A stretch of DNA of 64,000 nt, taken from positions 14,404-78,403 of the IMG/VR virus record IMGVR_UViG_3300033075_000927; one strand, written 5' to 3'. Positions 9,238 through 17,967 of this stretch are shown one piece after another (positions within the stretch are counted from its first letter, which is position 1; each line of letters opens with the position of its first letter). Source of the stretch: a virus. Lineage: Duplodnaviria > Caudoviricetes. The notes under the pieces are model-generated. The model saw only the letters and a program-made list of their open reading frames with translations, ran no database searches and had not been told where the DNA came from. The translations under genes were made by a program, and so were the position numbers.

Positions 9238-12200
9238 TGAAAGTTCTAGTTGATGTAAGCAGTCTAATCAAGACCTGCCTGTACGCCGGAAAAGACCCAG
9301 AAGCGATTCTGGCGTCTGACGGCTCTCAAGTAAGCTCTGCGCGATGGGGTTACGACAACACGGTCAACTCCCTGGTGGCCACCTTGGACTACCTCAAATG
9401 TGTGCCATCCGACATCGTGTTTGCTGTGGAGGGGTTTCACAGCAAGTCCCGTCGCCAGCACATCGACAAGGGGTACAAGCAGGACGCGAAGCCGAAGGCT
9501 CCTGAGATGTTCGAGCAGTTCAATGAGGCCAAGGTCCTGGTGCTTGGGGCTTTCCGCAGGTTGGGCTCCATTCAGGTGACCCAGGACGGCGTGGAGGCTG
9601 ACGACATTATCGCCTGGTTCTGCACCCACACCAAAGAGGACACCGTCATCGTCTCGAATGACGGCGACCTGTGCCAGCTGCTGGGGCCCAATGCTCACGG
9701 CGCGAACATCGCCGTCTACCGGACGCACGGCGTGCAGCGCGAAAACCCTTACGGCGAGTTCTCGCCCAAGAACATCCTGGTCTACAAAGCCACGGTCGGG
9801 GATTCGTCCGACAAGATCAAGGGTGTGCCCGGCTTTGGCCCAGCCAAGTTCCAAGCCCTGCTGGAGCGCTTCGGTGACGACGGCCTGACTGAGCTGCGCC
9901 GCCTGGGCGACGAGGGCTCGCTGAGGGAGCTGTACGAGCAGGCCAGCACCGAGCCGCTGGTCCAACGCCTGGTGGACGGTGAGGAAAACTACCTGACCAG
10001 CTTCCGACTGGCCAAACTCTACCCGGAGTGGTGCAACACGCTGCACCAGCCGCTCGTGTGGACACCAGGCATGGTGGCGGGGTCTACTGAGGACCTGCGG
10101 CTGAAGAAGTGGGAATCCGCCCGCCGACTGGTCACAGCCGACAAGTGGGAGGCCTTCAAGCCTTGGGCTACTCGCAACATCGGTGGCTGGATGGCCCTGG
10201 ACATTGAAACCTCCACACCGGACGAGTCGGACGATTGGCTGGCCGCCCAAGATGACAGCAAGGGTGTGGACGTGATCGGCTCGAAGCTGTCTGGCATGTC
10301 GCTGACCTTCGGCCCCAACAAGCAGTACACCGTCTACATCCCGGTTGACCACGTTGACACAGACTGCGTGAAGTCGGAAGACCTGCGCGACTTCATCGCG
10401 TCGCTGCACGGCGTGACGAAGGTGATCCACAACACCCAGTTCGAGGGCACCGTCCTGTTCAACGAGTGGGGTGCCGAGTGGGCCGACAACGGGTTCCACG
10501 GCTACCTGCCCAATTGGCTGGACACCAAGTTCGAGGCCTCATATGTGGACGAGAACTTCTCACTGGGCCTGAAGAAACTGTCGAAGAGGTGGCTGGACTA
10601 CAACCAGGTGGACTACGACACGGTCACCACCCTCGAAGGTGAGCCAGGCTCTCTGAAGGGTGGGCGGCTGCTGGGCGAGTTCAAGAAGTGTGTCAAGGAG
10701 GCGGTGACGCGGGTGGCGACGCAGGAGGATGTGATCTGCGCCGACGAGTTTGGCCTCGACGAAGTACACCTTGGCGACACCATCGAAGTCAGCCCCGCCG
10801 AATTCGTGATGGTCGAACGCCGCCAGTACAAGATGCGCGAACTCAGCGCCCAGCACGTCTTCGACTACGCCTGCGACGACACGGTCACCACTGCAGCCCT
10901 GCACAATTTCTTCAAGCTGATCATGCAGCTTGAGGGAACTTGGCAGACCTATCTGGACGTGGAAATTTCCGCCTCCTACCTGCACACCCAGTCGTTTGTT
11001 CAAGGCGTTCCAATTGATTTGGCCAAGTTGCAAGAGTTGCGTGAGATTGACGACAAGACCTATGACGAGGCCTGGGCCAAGCTCTCCGCCTACCTGATGA
11101 CCAAGGGCTGGGATGGCTGCCTGCCGCCAGTCTACGACGGCGAGCCCACGCCGAAGCAGATCAAAGAGGCCTTCACCATCGTGACCGGCGAGGAGCTGGA
11201 GACGGCGGTACGCAAGCTCGACCGGCTGGCCGACGCCGTGGAAGCAGGCGGAAGCCTGGCGATGGCGGAGCTGATCCGCAACCGCGACTGGGAGTCGTTC
11301 AAGACCTTGGTGCTGCAGCACTTCGACGGCCAGCCGAAGTTCAATCCAGGCTCTCCGAAGCAGATGCAGCGCCTCTTCTACGAGGTCATGGGCCTGCCGG
11401 TGCGGGTGTTCAACGCCCCCACCGCCACCATGCGTGCTAAGGGCATCAAGCAGGGCACACCACAGACGAACGAGCTGGCCGTCAAGTATGCGATGCTTGA
11501 GGCTGGGCCGGAGGAAGCCGCTGCGCTGGAGGCAATCCGCCTGATGAAAATGGTGAGCACTAGGCGAGGCCTGTACTACGACACCTACCCGTACTTCGTA
11601 CACTGGAAGACTGGGCTGGTACACAGCTCACATAACCAATGTGCCACGAACACTAGACGAGCATCCTCCGCAAAGCCTAACGTACAGCAACTCGCTAAGC
11701 ACGAGAAGGTGAAAGGATTTGCGGCCAGGTTCCGCGAAGTAATCTCCCCGCACAAGAAGGGCGCTGTGGTGGTATCTATGGACTTCTCGTCCCAGGAGAT
11801 CCTGCTGCTGGCCGAATGGTCTCACGACCCTGTGCTGGAGCTTGCCTTCACTGGCGACCCACCGCTTGATATGCACAGCAAGACTGGGGTCGGTATCTGG
11901 AACCGCACCAATGAGCCGCTAACTTATGAGGAGTTTAAGACTATAGTTGATAACCAGTCGCACCCACTACACAAGAATATCAAGAAAGCGAGAGCTCTAG
12001 GTAAGACTGTGAACTTCGGAGCACTCTACCGTATGGCTGCTAAGAAGGCTGCCTCTGTGATGCTAGTTACTGAAGAAGAGGCGCAGGCGAGTTTGGACGC
12101 AAAAGCGGAGGCCTTCCCTGTGTCCGAGGCTTGGGCGCTGAGAGAGATGGAGATCGTCAAGGAGGCCGGGATCAGCAAGACCCTGCTCGGGGCGGTACGC

Positions 12201-12584
12201 CACCTCGGGCCAGCACTCCTGTCGGAAGACAAATACGAGGCTGTAAAGGCGGAGCGACAAACCTTGAGCTTCAGAATTCAGGGTTCTGCCGCTGAAATGA
12301 CCAAGCAGGCTGAGGGTGCCATGTGGGACATGGGTCTAGTTCAGAAGTATGATTGCAGAGTGTACTTTCCCGTGCATGATGAAGTGGTAGCTTCTGTTGT
12401 TGTTTCAGACTTAGAGCCGTTCCTACTAGATATGCACAAGGCGATGGTCAGGCCCTACGCTAACATGCGGTTGCCGATCCGGTCTTCTGTATCGTTCGGC
12501 CCGTCGTTTGGGGAGCAAATCGAAGTGGGCAACGTGGGCACACCAACCCTTGAGGAGATTCGCGCAGCCGTGGCGAAGTTGTGA
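9234..12584 (+). CDS. polA: family A DNA polymerase with fused 5'-3' exonuclease and 3'-5' exonuclease
   Basis: 5' nuclease motifs GVEADD, SNDGD, GDSSDKIKGVPGFG; exo LDIET, HNTQFE, YACDD; pol A DFSSQE, B KTVNFGALY, C VHDE. Confidence 0.95.
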   Translation: MMKVLVDVSSLIKTCLYAGKDPEAILASDGSQVSSARWGYDNTVNSLVATLDYLKCVPSDIVFAVEGFHSKSRRQHIDKGYKQDAKPKAPEMFEQFNEAKVLVLGAFRRLGSIQVTQDGVEADDIIAWFCTHTKEDTVIVSNDGDLCQLLGPNAHGANIAVYRTHGVQRENPYGEFSPKNILVYKATVGDSSDKIKGVPGFGPAKFQALLERFGDDGLTELRRLGDEGSLRELYEQASTEPLVQRLVDGEENYLTSFRLAKLYPEWCNTLHQPLVWTPGMVAGSTEDLRLKKWESARRLVTADKWEAFKPWATRNIGGWMALDIETSTPDESDDWLAAQDDSKGVDVIGSKLSGMSLTFGPNKQYTVYIPVDHVDTDCVKSEDLRDFIASLHGVTKVIHNTQFEGTVLFNEWGAEWADNGFHGYLPNWLDTKFEASYVDENFSLGLKKLSKRWLDYNQVDYDTVTTLEGEPGSLKGGRLLGEFKKCVKEAVTRVATQEDVICADEFGLDEVHLGDTIEVSPAEFVMVERRQYKMRELSAQHVFDYACDDTVTTAALHNFFKLIMQLEGTWQTYLDVEISASYLHTQSFVQGVPIDLAKLQELREIDDKTYDEAWAKLSAYLMTKGWDGCLPPVYDGEPTPKQIKEAFTIVTGEELETAVRKLDRLADAVEAGGSLAMAELIRNRDWESFKTLVLQHFDGQPKFNPGSPKQMQRLFYEVMGLPVRVFNAPTATMRAKGIKQGTPQTNELAVKYAMLEAGPEEAAALEAIRLMKMVSTRRGLYYDTYPYFVHWKTGLVHSSHNQCATNTRRASSAKPNVQQLAKHEKVKGFAARFREVISPHKKGAVVVSMDFSSQEILLLAEWSHDPVLELAFTGDPPLDMHSKTGVGIWNRTNEPLTYEEFKTIVDNQSHPLHKNIKKARALGKTVNFGALYRMAAKKAASVMLVTEEEAQASLDAKAEAFPVSEAWALREMEIVKEAGISKTLLGAVRHLGPALLSEDKYEAVKAERQTLSFRIQGSAAEMTKQAEGAMWDMGLVQKYDCRVYFPVHDEVVASVVVSDLEPFLLDMHKAMVRPYANMRLPIRSSVSFGPSFGEQIEVGNVGTPTLEEIRAAVAKL

Positions 12585-12701
12585 TAAGATGGCAGCTTGA
12601 ATCTTGAACTCAGGCTGCTGCAACAGTATTAGTTCAGGGTTTACTCCCTGCGGGTTCGATTGGAGGTGTTGCAGCACCGACTTTCGAGCCCGTTTTCTTT
12701 T
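12582..12701 (+). ncRNA. structured leader RNA element A (C4/CI-like) with promoter and terminator
   Basis: TGATAAGAT extended -10; hairpin loop CTGCAA; hairpin CAGGG/CCCTG; stem CGGGTTCGA/TCGAGCCCG holding loop TTGCAG; U-tract; RBS. Confidence 0.55.
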
Positions 12702-12711
12702 GGAGATCGAA

Positions 12712-13314
12712 ATGCCAGATACAGCTGACACAGACGGAGCTAAACCAAAAACTGCCGGTGAAGCTGACACCTCAGAAGCAGGCATGCAGGCGTACATGCT
12801 CAAGCACTTCTACTTTTGCGAGGCTATTAAGGGGCTTCGTGTCAAGGAGAAAAGGCACTTCAACGGCAAGGAGGTCGGAGAGCCAGCCGGAAGTCCTACA
12901 CACTACGGATACCGACAGATAAATGTGTTCGGTAGACCGCACCTAGAGCACAGACTTGTATGGCTGATGTGTAAAGGGCACATGCCAACCCTAGAGCTGG
13001 ATCACGCTGATCAGGATAAGTTGAATAACCACATCTCCAACCTTAGAGAAGTGACACGGTCACAGAATAGCCAGAACAAGGGTAAGCAGAGTAACAATAA
13101 ATCCGGCAGAGTAGGGGTTCACAGGTCCGTAGACAGGTGCGGTAACGCATCCTGGATAGCCCAGATATGGGTAGACAATAAATATCGGAGCAAGACTTTC
13201 AGCTGTAATAAGTATGGCGAGGACAGTGCCAGGGATCAGGCCCTCTCTTGGAGAAGCCTGGCAGAACTCAACTTACACACTCACAGACCGACACAACCCA
13301 CGGAGCAGATATGA
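12712..13314 (+). CDS. free-standing HNH endonuclease (HNH_3 plus AP2-like tail)
   Basis: HRLVW...LELDHADQDKLNNHISNLR; start at ATG 12712 after GGAG. Confidence 0.85.
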   Translation: MPDTADTDGAKPKTAGEADTSEAGMQAYMLKHFYFCEAIKGLRVKEKRHFNGKEVGEPAGSPTHYGYRQINVFGRPHLEHRLVWLMCKGHMPTLELDHADQDKLNNHISNLREVTRSQNSQNKGKQSNNKSGRVGVHRSVDRCGNASWIAQIWVDNKYRSKTFSCNKYGEDSARDQALSWRSLAELNLHTHRPTQPTEQI

Positions 13315-14216
13315 GCATCAAACCCCAGCTGGCAAGTAATTACGAAGAAGGTAACATCCAACTACCTACCTTCGCCCAGCCCAAGATCGACGGAGTGCGA
13401 GGCCTCAACCTAGACGGTAGGCTCGTCGGACGCAGCCTCAAGGCCTTTAAAAACAAGGCTCTGACGGCCAAGTTCAGCCAACCAAAGTACCAAGGTCTGG
13501 ACGGTGAGCTGGCCCTTGGTGATGAGACTTCAAGCTCTCTGTGCCGAGACACCACCTCCGCCGTCAACACGATCACAGGCCCCTCCGAAGGTGTCGTGTG
13601 GCACGTATTCGACCTTGTGACCGAGGAGACGATTAAGTTGCCGTACTACGAGCGGTACAAGCTTCTGTGTCAGCGAGTGGAAGAGCTGGACGAGAATTGC
13701 ATCAAGCTTGTGCCCTACTTCAGGCTCAATTCCTCATCTGAGGTCGAGGAATACGACGAGGAGAACTTGGCTGATGGCTACGAGGGCACGATCCTGCGCA
13801 ACCCTAACTCCCTGTACAAGGAAGGTCGGCCAGGCAAGAAAGAGCAACAGCTGATGCGAATTAAACGGTTCTCAGACTCTGAAGCCCTGGTGTTGGCAGT
13901 TGTCGAAGGTCGGACAAACCTGAACGAAGCTGTGGTCAACGAGATTGGCCGCTCAGAAAGAAGCTCTCACGCCGAGAACCAAGTTCCGAACGGCATGGTC
14001 GGATCGCTGACATGCAGAGACTTGGAGTCTGGCATGACGATCACAGTCTCCCCAGGGGAGATGGATCACATTGAACGCAAGTTCTACTTCGACAACCAGC
14101 AGGAAATTGTCGGCAAGACGATCACCTACAAGAGCTTCAAGAAGGGTGTGAAGACCTTGCCTCGGTTCCCGACATTCAAGAACATCCGCAGTGCGGAAGA
14201 TATGGAGCAGAAATGA
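13311..14216 (+). CDS. ATP-dependent DNA ligase
   Basis: Motif I PKIDGVR, GLDGEL, GYEGTILR, KRF.D.EA, C-terminal PRFP.F. Confidence 0.95.
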   Translation: MSIKPQLASNYEEGNIQLPTFAQPKIDGVRGLNLDGRLVGRSLKAFKNKALTAKFSQPKYQGLDGELALGDETSSSLCRDTTSAVNTITGPSEGVVWHVFDLVTEETIKLPYYERYKLLCQRVEELDENCIKLVPYFRLNSSSEVEEYDEENLADGYEGTILRNPNSLYKEGRPGKKEQQLMRIKRFSDSEALVLAVVEGRTNLNEAVVNEIGRSERSSHAENQVPNGMVGSLTCRDLESGMTITVSPGEMDHIERKFYFDNQQEIVGKTITYKSFKKGVKTLPRFPTFKNIRSAEDMEQK

Positions 14217-14248
14217 CCGGTATCCCACCGCCAGAAACGGACTGACCG

Positions 14249-14370
14249 TGGTAAACTTTGCGACAGGGCGTTCCCGCACCGGCTGTCGCAAAGCCTTGCA
14301 GTGCGGGAGGGTCTTGACCTTCTGGGCTGAATCGGCGTGTTGCGACCACACCGTTTCGGCCCTTTCTTTT
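14249..14370 (+). ncRNA. structured leader RNA element B (C4/CI-like) with promoter and terminator
   Basis: TGGTAAACT extended -10; loop GTCGCAA; stem GGGCTGAA/TTCGGCCC holding loop TTGCGAC; TTTCTTTT; RBS. Confidence 0.6.
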
Positions 14371-14380
14371 GGAGAATCGA

Positions 14381-15016
14381 ATGCAATCAGTAAAGTTAGT
14401 ATGGGCTACACCTGAAATTGACAGGCACCTGGCGTACATCGCCCGTGTGAGCAACCCTGAGAACCAGGAAAACGAAAACATCGTGGGACTTCTGCGCTAC
14501 ATGCTGCGCAACGGCCATGTCAGCCCGTTCGAGATGAGCCACATGTGCGTGGAGATCAACACCACACGAGACATTGGCCGACAAATTCTGCGCCACAGAT
14601 CGTTCTCGTTCCAGGAATTTAGTGGCCGCTACCAGTCCTATGACAAACTTCCGGCAGCCGAGTTTCGCGAGTGCCGACTGCAGGATGCCAAGAATCGGCA
14701 GAACAGTCTGCACACAGACGACGCTGAGCTTGCTGAGCAGTGGCACTGCCGCCAAGGTGTGCTGCTGGCAAAGGCTCAGCAGACCTACCAGTGGGCACTT
14801 GATCACGGCATCGCCAAGGAGCAGGCCCGCGCGGTGCTGCCGGAAGGCTTGACACCATCCCGCCTGTACATGGTGGGCAGCCTGCGCAGCTGGATTCACT
14901 ACCTGAAGTCCAGGCTCGACCCGTCCACGCAAAAAGAGCATCGCCTGATCGCCGCCGAGGTTCAGGCGATTCTCCGCGAGCTGGCTCCAGTGGCTGCGGA
15001 GGCTGCCGGTTTATGA
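14381..15016 (+). CDS. thyX: flavin-dependent thymidylate synthase
   Basis: GHVSPFE and ThyX motif QILRHRSFSFQEFSGRY; ARAVLP; QKEHR. Confidence 0.95.
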   Translation: MQSVKLVWATPEIDRHLAYIARVSNPENQENENIVGLLRYMLRNGHVSPFEMSHMCVEINTTRDIGRQILRHRSFSFQEFSGRYQSYDKLPAAEFRECRLQDAKNRQNSLHTDDAELAEQWHCRQGVLLAKAQQTYQWALDHGIAKEQARAVLPEGLTPSRLYMVGSLRSWIHYLKSRLDPSTQKEHRLIAAEVQAILRELAPVAAEAAGL

Positions 15017-15423
15017 GCACTTCAGCAAACCGTGGCAAGGAAGCGGAGACCCTTGTCAAAAAGCGGCTGGAGGTGTTGGCCAAGTCCTCCAACGTGGCCT
15101 GGCACCGCCCACCGGACATGCGCTCCGGCAGCTTCCAGCCAGCCCTCTGTGACTTCATCCTCTTGCAGGAAGGGCAGCTCACCTTGATCGAGGTGAAGCA
15201 GACTCAGCACGATTACCGCTTGCCGCACGGCAACCTCAGCACCGAACAAGTTGGTCGTATGCGGGTCTGGGAGATGGCAGGAGCTAGGTGCTATATCCTG
15301 GTTTACCACTCAGGTATTAAGCAGTGGCGCATGGAGGATGTGGGCTACTTCTCTGAACGTACAGGCGGCTCATGGGACTTGAGGCCACTGTCAACACGAA
15401 GACTTGAGGAGATATTGCTATGA
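15013..15423 (+). CDS. PD-(D/E)XK nuclease, RecU-like Holliday junction resolvase
   Basis: GKEAE...CDFI...IEVKQT...LSTEQ pattern. Confidence 0.75.
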   Translation: MSTSANRGKEAETLVKKRLEVLAKSSNVAWHRPPDMRSGSFQPALCDFILLQEGQLTLIEVKQTQHDYRLPHGNLSTEQVGRMRVWEMAGARCYILVYHSGIKQWRMEDVGYFSERTGGSWDLRPLSTRRLEEILL

Positions 15424-15474
15424 GTGAAGCGAGTAAAAAGGTCCCAGAGCTGCCGGTAAAATTGGGGAGGTACT

Positions 15475-16155
15475 ATGGGCAGTAAAATTTTAAGCGAAGC
15501 TGACGGAATTGGCCGGGTATTCCACAGGCTGACTGTACTAGGCTGGGCAGGTAAGACCAAACGAAACCACAGGCTCTGGAGGTGTGCTTGCTCCTGCGGA
15601 CGTGAGCACATAACCGAAATGTACCCACTCACAGCCGGACTTGTTAAGTCCTGCGGTTGCTATAAGGTTGACATGGCTGGTTCGCATTCTATAACCCACG
15701 GCGCTGCCTCAATCAAAAGTGACCCTGAAGCCCGCAGAGTTTACCGAGTGTGGACTGGTATACGAAAACGCTGCCTGAGTCCTAAATCCAAAGCATACGC
15801 AGACTATGGTGGTAGAGGGGTAACGCTATGCGACGAGTGGCTTGATTTCAGCAATTTTATCCGTGATATGGGCCCCAACTCTGAAGGTATGACAGTAGAG
15901 CGTATTGATGTGAATAAGGGCTATGAACCTGGAAACTGCAAGTGGTTGCCGCTCAGTAGACAGAATGAGAACAAGCGCAACACCTTACGAGTAACTTACA
16001 GCGGTAAAGAGTGGTGCTTGAAGCGTCTGTGCGAACATCTTGAGGTGCCATACGGCAGAACATTCAAAAGGTTACGCAGAATGTCCTTAGCGGAAGCCCT
16101 TGACCTGCCCGACACCTGTGAGATAAGCCTAGTTAACAGGGGTACACAATGCTAA
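15475..16155 (+). CDS. free-standing HNH endonuclease (Cys-rich N-terminus)
   Basis: RLTV...WRCACSCG...KSCGC; YGGRGVTLCDEW..F..DMG...TVERIDVNKGYEPGNCKW. Confidence 0.9.
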   Translation: MGSKILSEADGIGRVFHRLTVLGWAGKTKRNHRLWRCACSCGREHITEMYPLTAGLVKSCGCYKVDMAGSHSITHGAASIKSDPEARRVYRVWTGIRKRCLSPKSKAYADYGGRGVTLCDEWLDFSNFIRDMGPNSEGMTVERIDVNKGYEPGNCKWLPLSRQNENKRNTLRVTYSGKEWCLKRLCEHLEVPYGRTFKRLRRMSLAEALDLPDTCEISLVNRGTQC

Positions 16156-17147
16156 CTGTCCTAAACGACTGCCACCTTGGAACTGTACGTTCCGCTGGAA
16201 CGACACCAGTCACCCGACAAGCTCTAAGAGAGAGACTTCTAAGCAAGTTCAAGAACTTGCTCCCTGAGCAGGGAGACCTACTGATAGGGGGAGACCTTTT
16301 CGATGCCACCCACATTGCAGCCTCTGACCTGTTCGCGGTGTACGGAATCCTGACTCGTTGGCTGACTGCCAACCCTGACAGCTTCCTGTACAACAGCCGA
16401 GGAAACCACGACTGTGCGAGCTCAAGCAACGTGATGTCAAGCTTTGACCTGCTTGGTAAGCTGTTGACAATGCACTTTCCTAATCGGTACGTGCATATAG
16501 ATAAGCCGACAGCAACACCTCACGGCTATGTCATCCCGCATATGCCAAATCAGGTGCTGTTCGATGACGCGATTGCAGCTGTACCTGAATGTGATTTCCT
16601 GTTTGTGCATTGCAACATCAGCAACTGCTTCGCCGCACAGTCTGATCACAGCCTAAACCTCAGCTTAGAGCAGATCGCTGCGTGCAAGGCCAAGCAGATT
16701 GTCTGCGCTCACGAGCACCACGGAAGAACACTTGGTAAGGTTACCGTCACAGGCTTGCAGACACCTTCCAGTGTGTCAGACCTACTCAGCCCAGGAGACA
16801 AGCAGTATGCTGTGATCCGAGACGGCAAGCTCACCTTGCACACCTGCGCCCGCCGCGCCGACGAGTTTGCCGAGATGCCCTGGAACGACCTGAAGCCCAG
16901 CGCCGCGCCGTTCATCCGCATCAGCGGCGAGGCCACGGCAGCTCAGGCCTCTGAAGCCCTGGCCGCAGTCGCCGCCTACCGGCGCACGTCGGAAGCCCTG
17001 GTGGTGGCCAATGCCGTCAAGGTTCAGGCAGCTGAAGGTGCCGACTTCGAGGATGCAGTGGCAGACATGAAGGGGTATGATGTCATGTCCATGCTCCGGG
17101 AAGTCCTGGAGCCGAATGAAGTGAAAATTTTGGAGGGGTTGAAGTGA
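16149..17147 (+). CDS. metallophosphoesterase, SbcD/Mre11-like nuclease subunit
   Basis: NDCHLG, GGDLFD, GNHD, AHEH motifs; SbcC-like gene downstream. Confidence 0.85.
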   Translation: MLTVLNDCHLGTVRSAGTTPVTRQALRERLLSKFKNLLPEQGDLLIGGDLFDATHIAASDLFAVYGILTRWLTANPDSFLYNSRGNHDCASSSNVMSSFDLLGKLLTMHFPNRYVHIDKPTATPHGYVIPHMPNQVLFDDAIAAVPECDFLFVHCNISNCFAAQSDHSLNLSLEQIAACKAKQIVCAHEHHGRTLGKVTVTGLQTPSSVSDLLSPGDKQYAVIRDGKLTLHTCARRADEFAEMPWNDLKPSAAPFIRISGEATAAQASEALAAVAAYRRTSEALVVANAVKVQAAEGADFEDAVADMKGYDVMSMLREVLEPNEVKILEGLK

Positions 17148-17368
17148 AATTTTGCAAAGACTGTAAGCACCTGCGACTTTTGTATTGGTGCCAGCACCCA
17201 AAACTAGGCATCAACACCGTGACAGGTGGGCCACAGTCGGCGCGTGCCGACGAGATTCGCGGAACGCAAGGTCGCTGCGGAAGCGACTGGACTAGGTGCG
17301 GCCCAGAGGCTATCTGGTTCGAGCCCAATATGCGCAGTAGGTTTGTCACATGGCTCACTCAAAAGTGA
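17144..17368 (+). CDS. small Cys-rich protein
   Basis: CKDCKH...C...C..C pattern; GTGA overlap. Confidence 0.65.
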   Translation: MKFCKDCKHLRLLYWCQHPKLGINTVTGGPQSARADEIRGTQGRCGSDWTRCGPEAIWFEPNMRSRFVTWLTQK

Positions 17369-17571
17369 TAGCCTACTGCACCAACTGCCGGCACTACCAG
17401 CCTCCGGCAAAGTCACACGGGGCTGGCCAGTGTCTGGCAGTATCCTTGCCCGCCATCACCGCCAGGGCTCAGGCCTGCGGCACCTTCGGCCACCTGTTTG
17501 AGGCAGCTCCTTTGCACGCTGCGCACCCAAGGATGGTAAAAGGGCCAACAAAGAAGAGGAAATCACCGTGA
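17350..17571 (+). CDS. small Cys-rich protein
   Basis: CTNCRHY...C...C pattern. Confidence 0.6.
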   Translation: MAHSKVIAYCTNCRHYQPPAKSHGAGQCLAVSLPAITARAQACGTFGHLFEAAPLHAAHPRMVKGPTKKRKSP

Positions 17572-17696
17572 ACAGCGTATCGCCACACAGTTACTTCGCC
17601 TACCCGGAAGCCTTCGTACCTGGAGCTGCCATGCTCGTCAATGCAGCATTTGCCACTGTGGGCTGGGGCATCAGTGACCAGACGCTTGGCTTATGA
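17568..17696 (+). CDS. micro-ORF A1 (42 aa, MNSVSPHSYFAYPEAFV...ATVGWGIS)
   Basis: GTG start overlapping the upstream TGA, RBS aagagga; translated by hand; not in the ORF track. Confidence 0.55.
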   Translation: MNSVSPHSYFAYPEAFVPGAAMLVNAAFATVGWGISDQTLGL

Positions 17697-17836
17697 CACC
17701 GGCTACTGAGCCTGTTGAGCAGTGCAACTGCGCATCCTACTATCTGTCGTACCACCCAGACACGATTACGCTTGTGTTCAGAATCATCCGACCGGTTACC
17801 CGCATCAGACCCGCCAGAGAGCGACTACTACCATGA
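17693..17836 (+). CDS. micro-ORF A2 (47 aa, MTPATEP...FRIIRPVTRI)
   Basis: ATGA overlap at both ends; translated by hand. Confidence 0.55.
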   Translation: MTPATEPVEQCNCASYYLSYHPDTITLVFRIIRPVTRIRPARERLLP

Positions 17837-17967
17837 CACCTTCATTCGATACCTCCACACTTTACTGCCAAACAATAAAAACTACTGTGCATGGGTGGGT
17901 GTACGTTTCGCGTGAGTTCAGAGACGTAGGCCGTAACATCGTGCCGCTGATCGGACTTGTGCTGTGA
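17833..17967 (+). CDS. micro-ORF A3 (44 aa, MTPSFDT...)
   Basis: ATGA/GTGA overlaps; translated by hand. Confidence 0.55.
   Translation: MTPSFDTSTLYCQTIKTTVHGWVYVSREFRDVGRNIVPLIGLVL

Noticed and set aside
10630-10830. Intein or intron in polA
   Set aside because: The insertion is only about 65 aa, lacks C/S...HN splice motifs, and the frame is continuous.
9264-11624. Long antisense ORFs (9264..10499, 10560..11624) and similar shadows opposite primase, MCP, tube and TMP genes
   Set aside because: Expected shadows of GC3-rich sense genes; no RBS or motifs.
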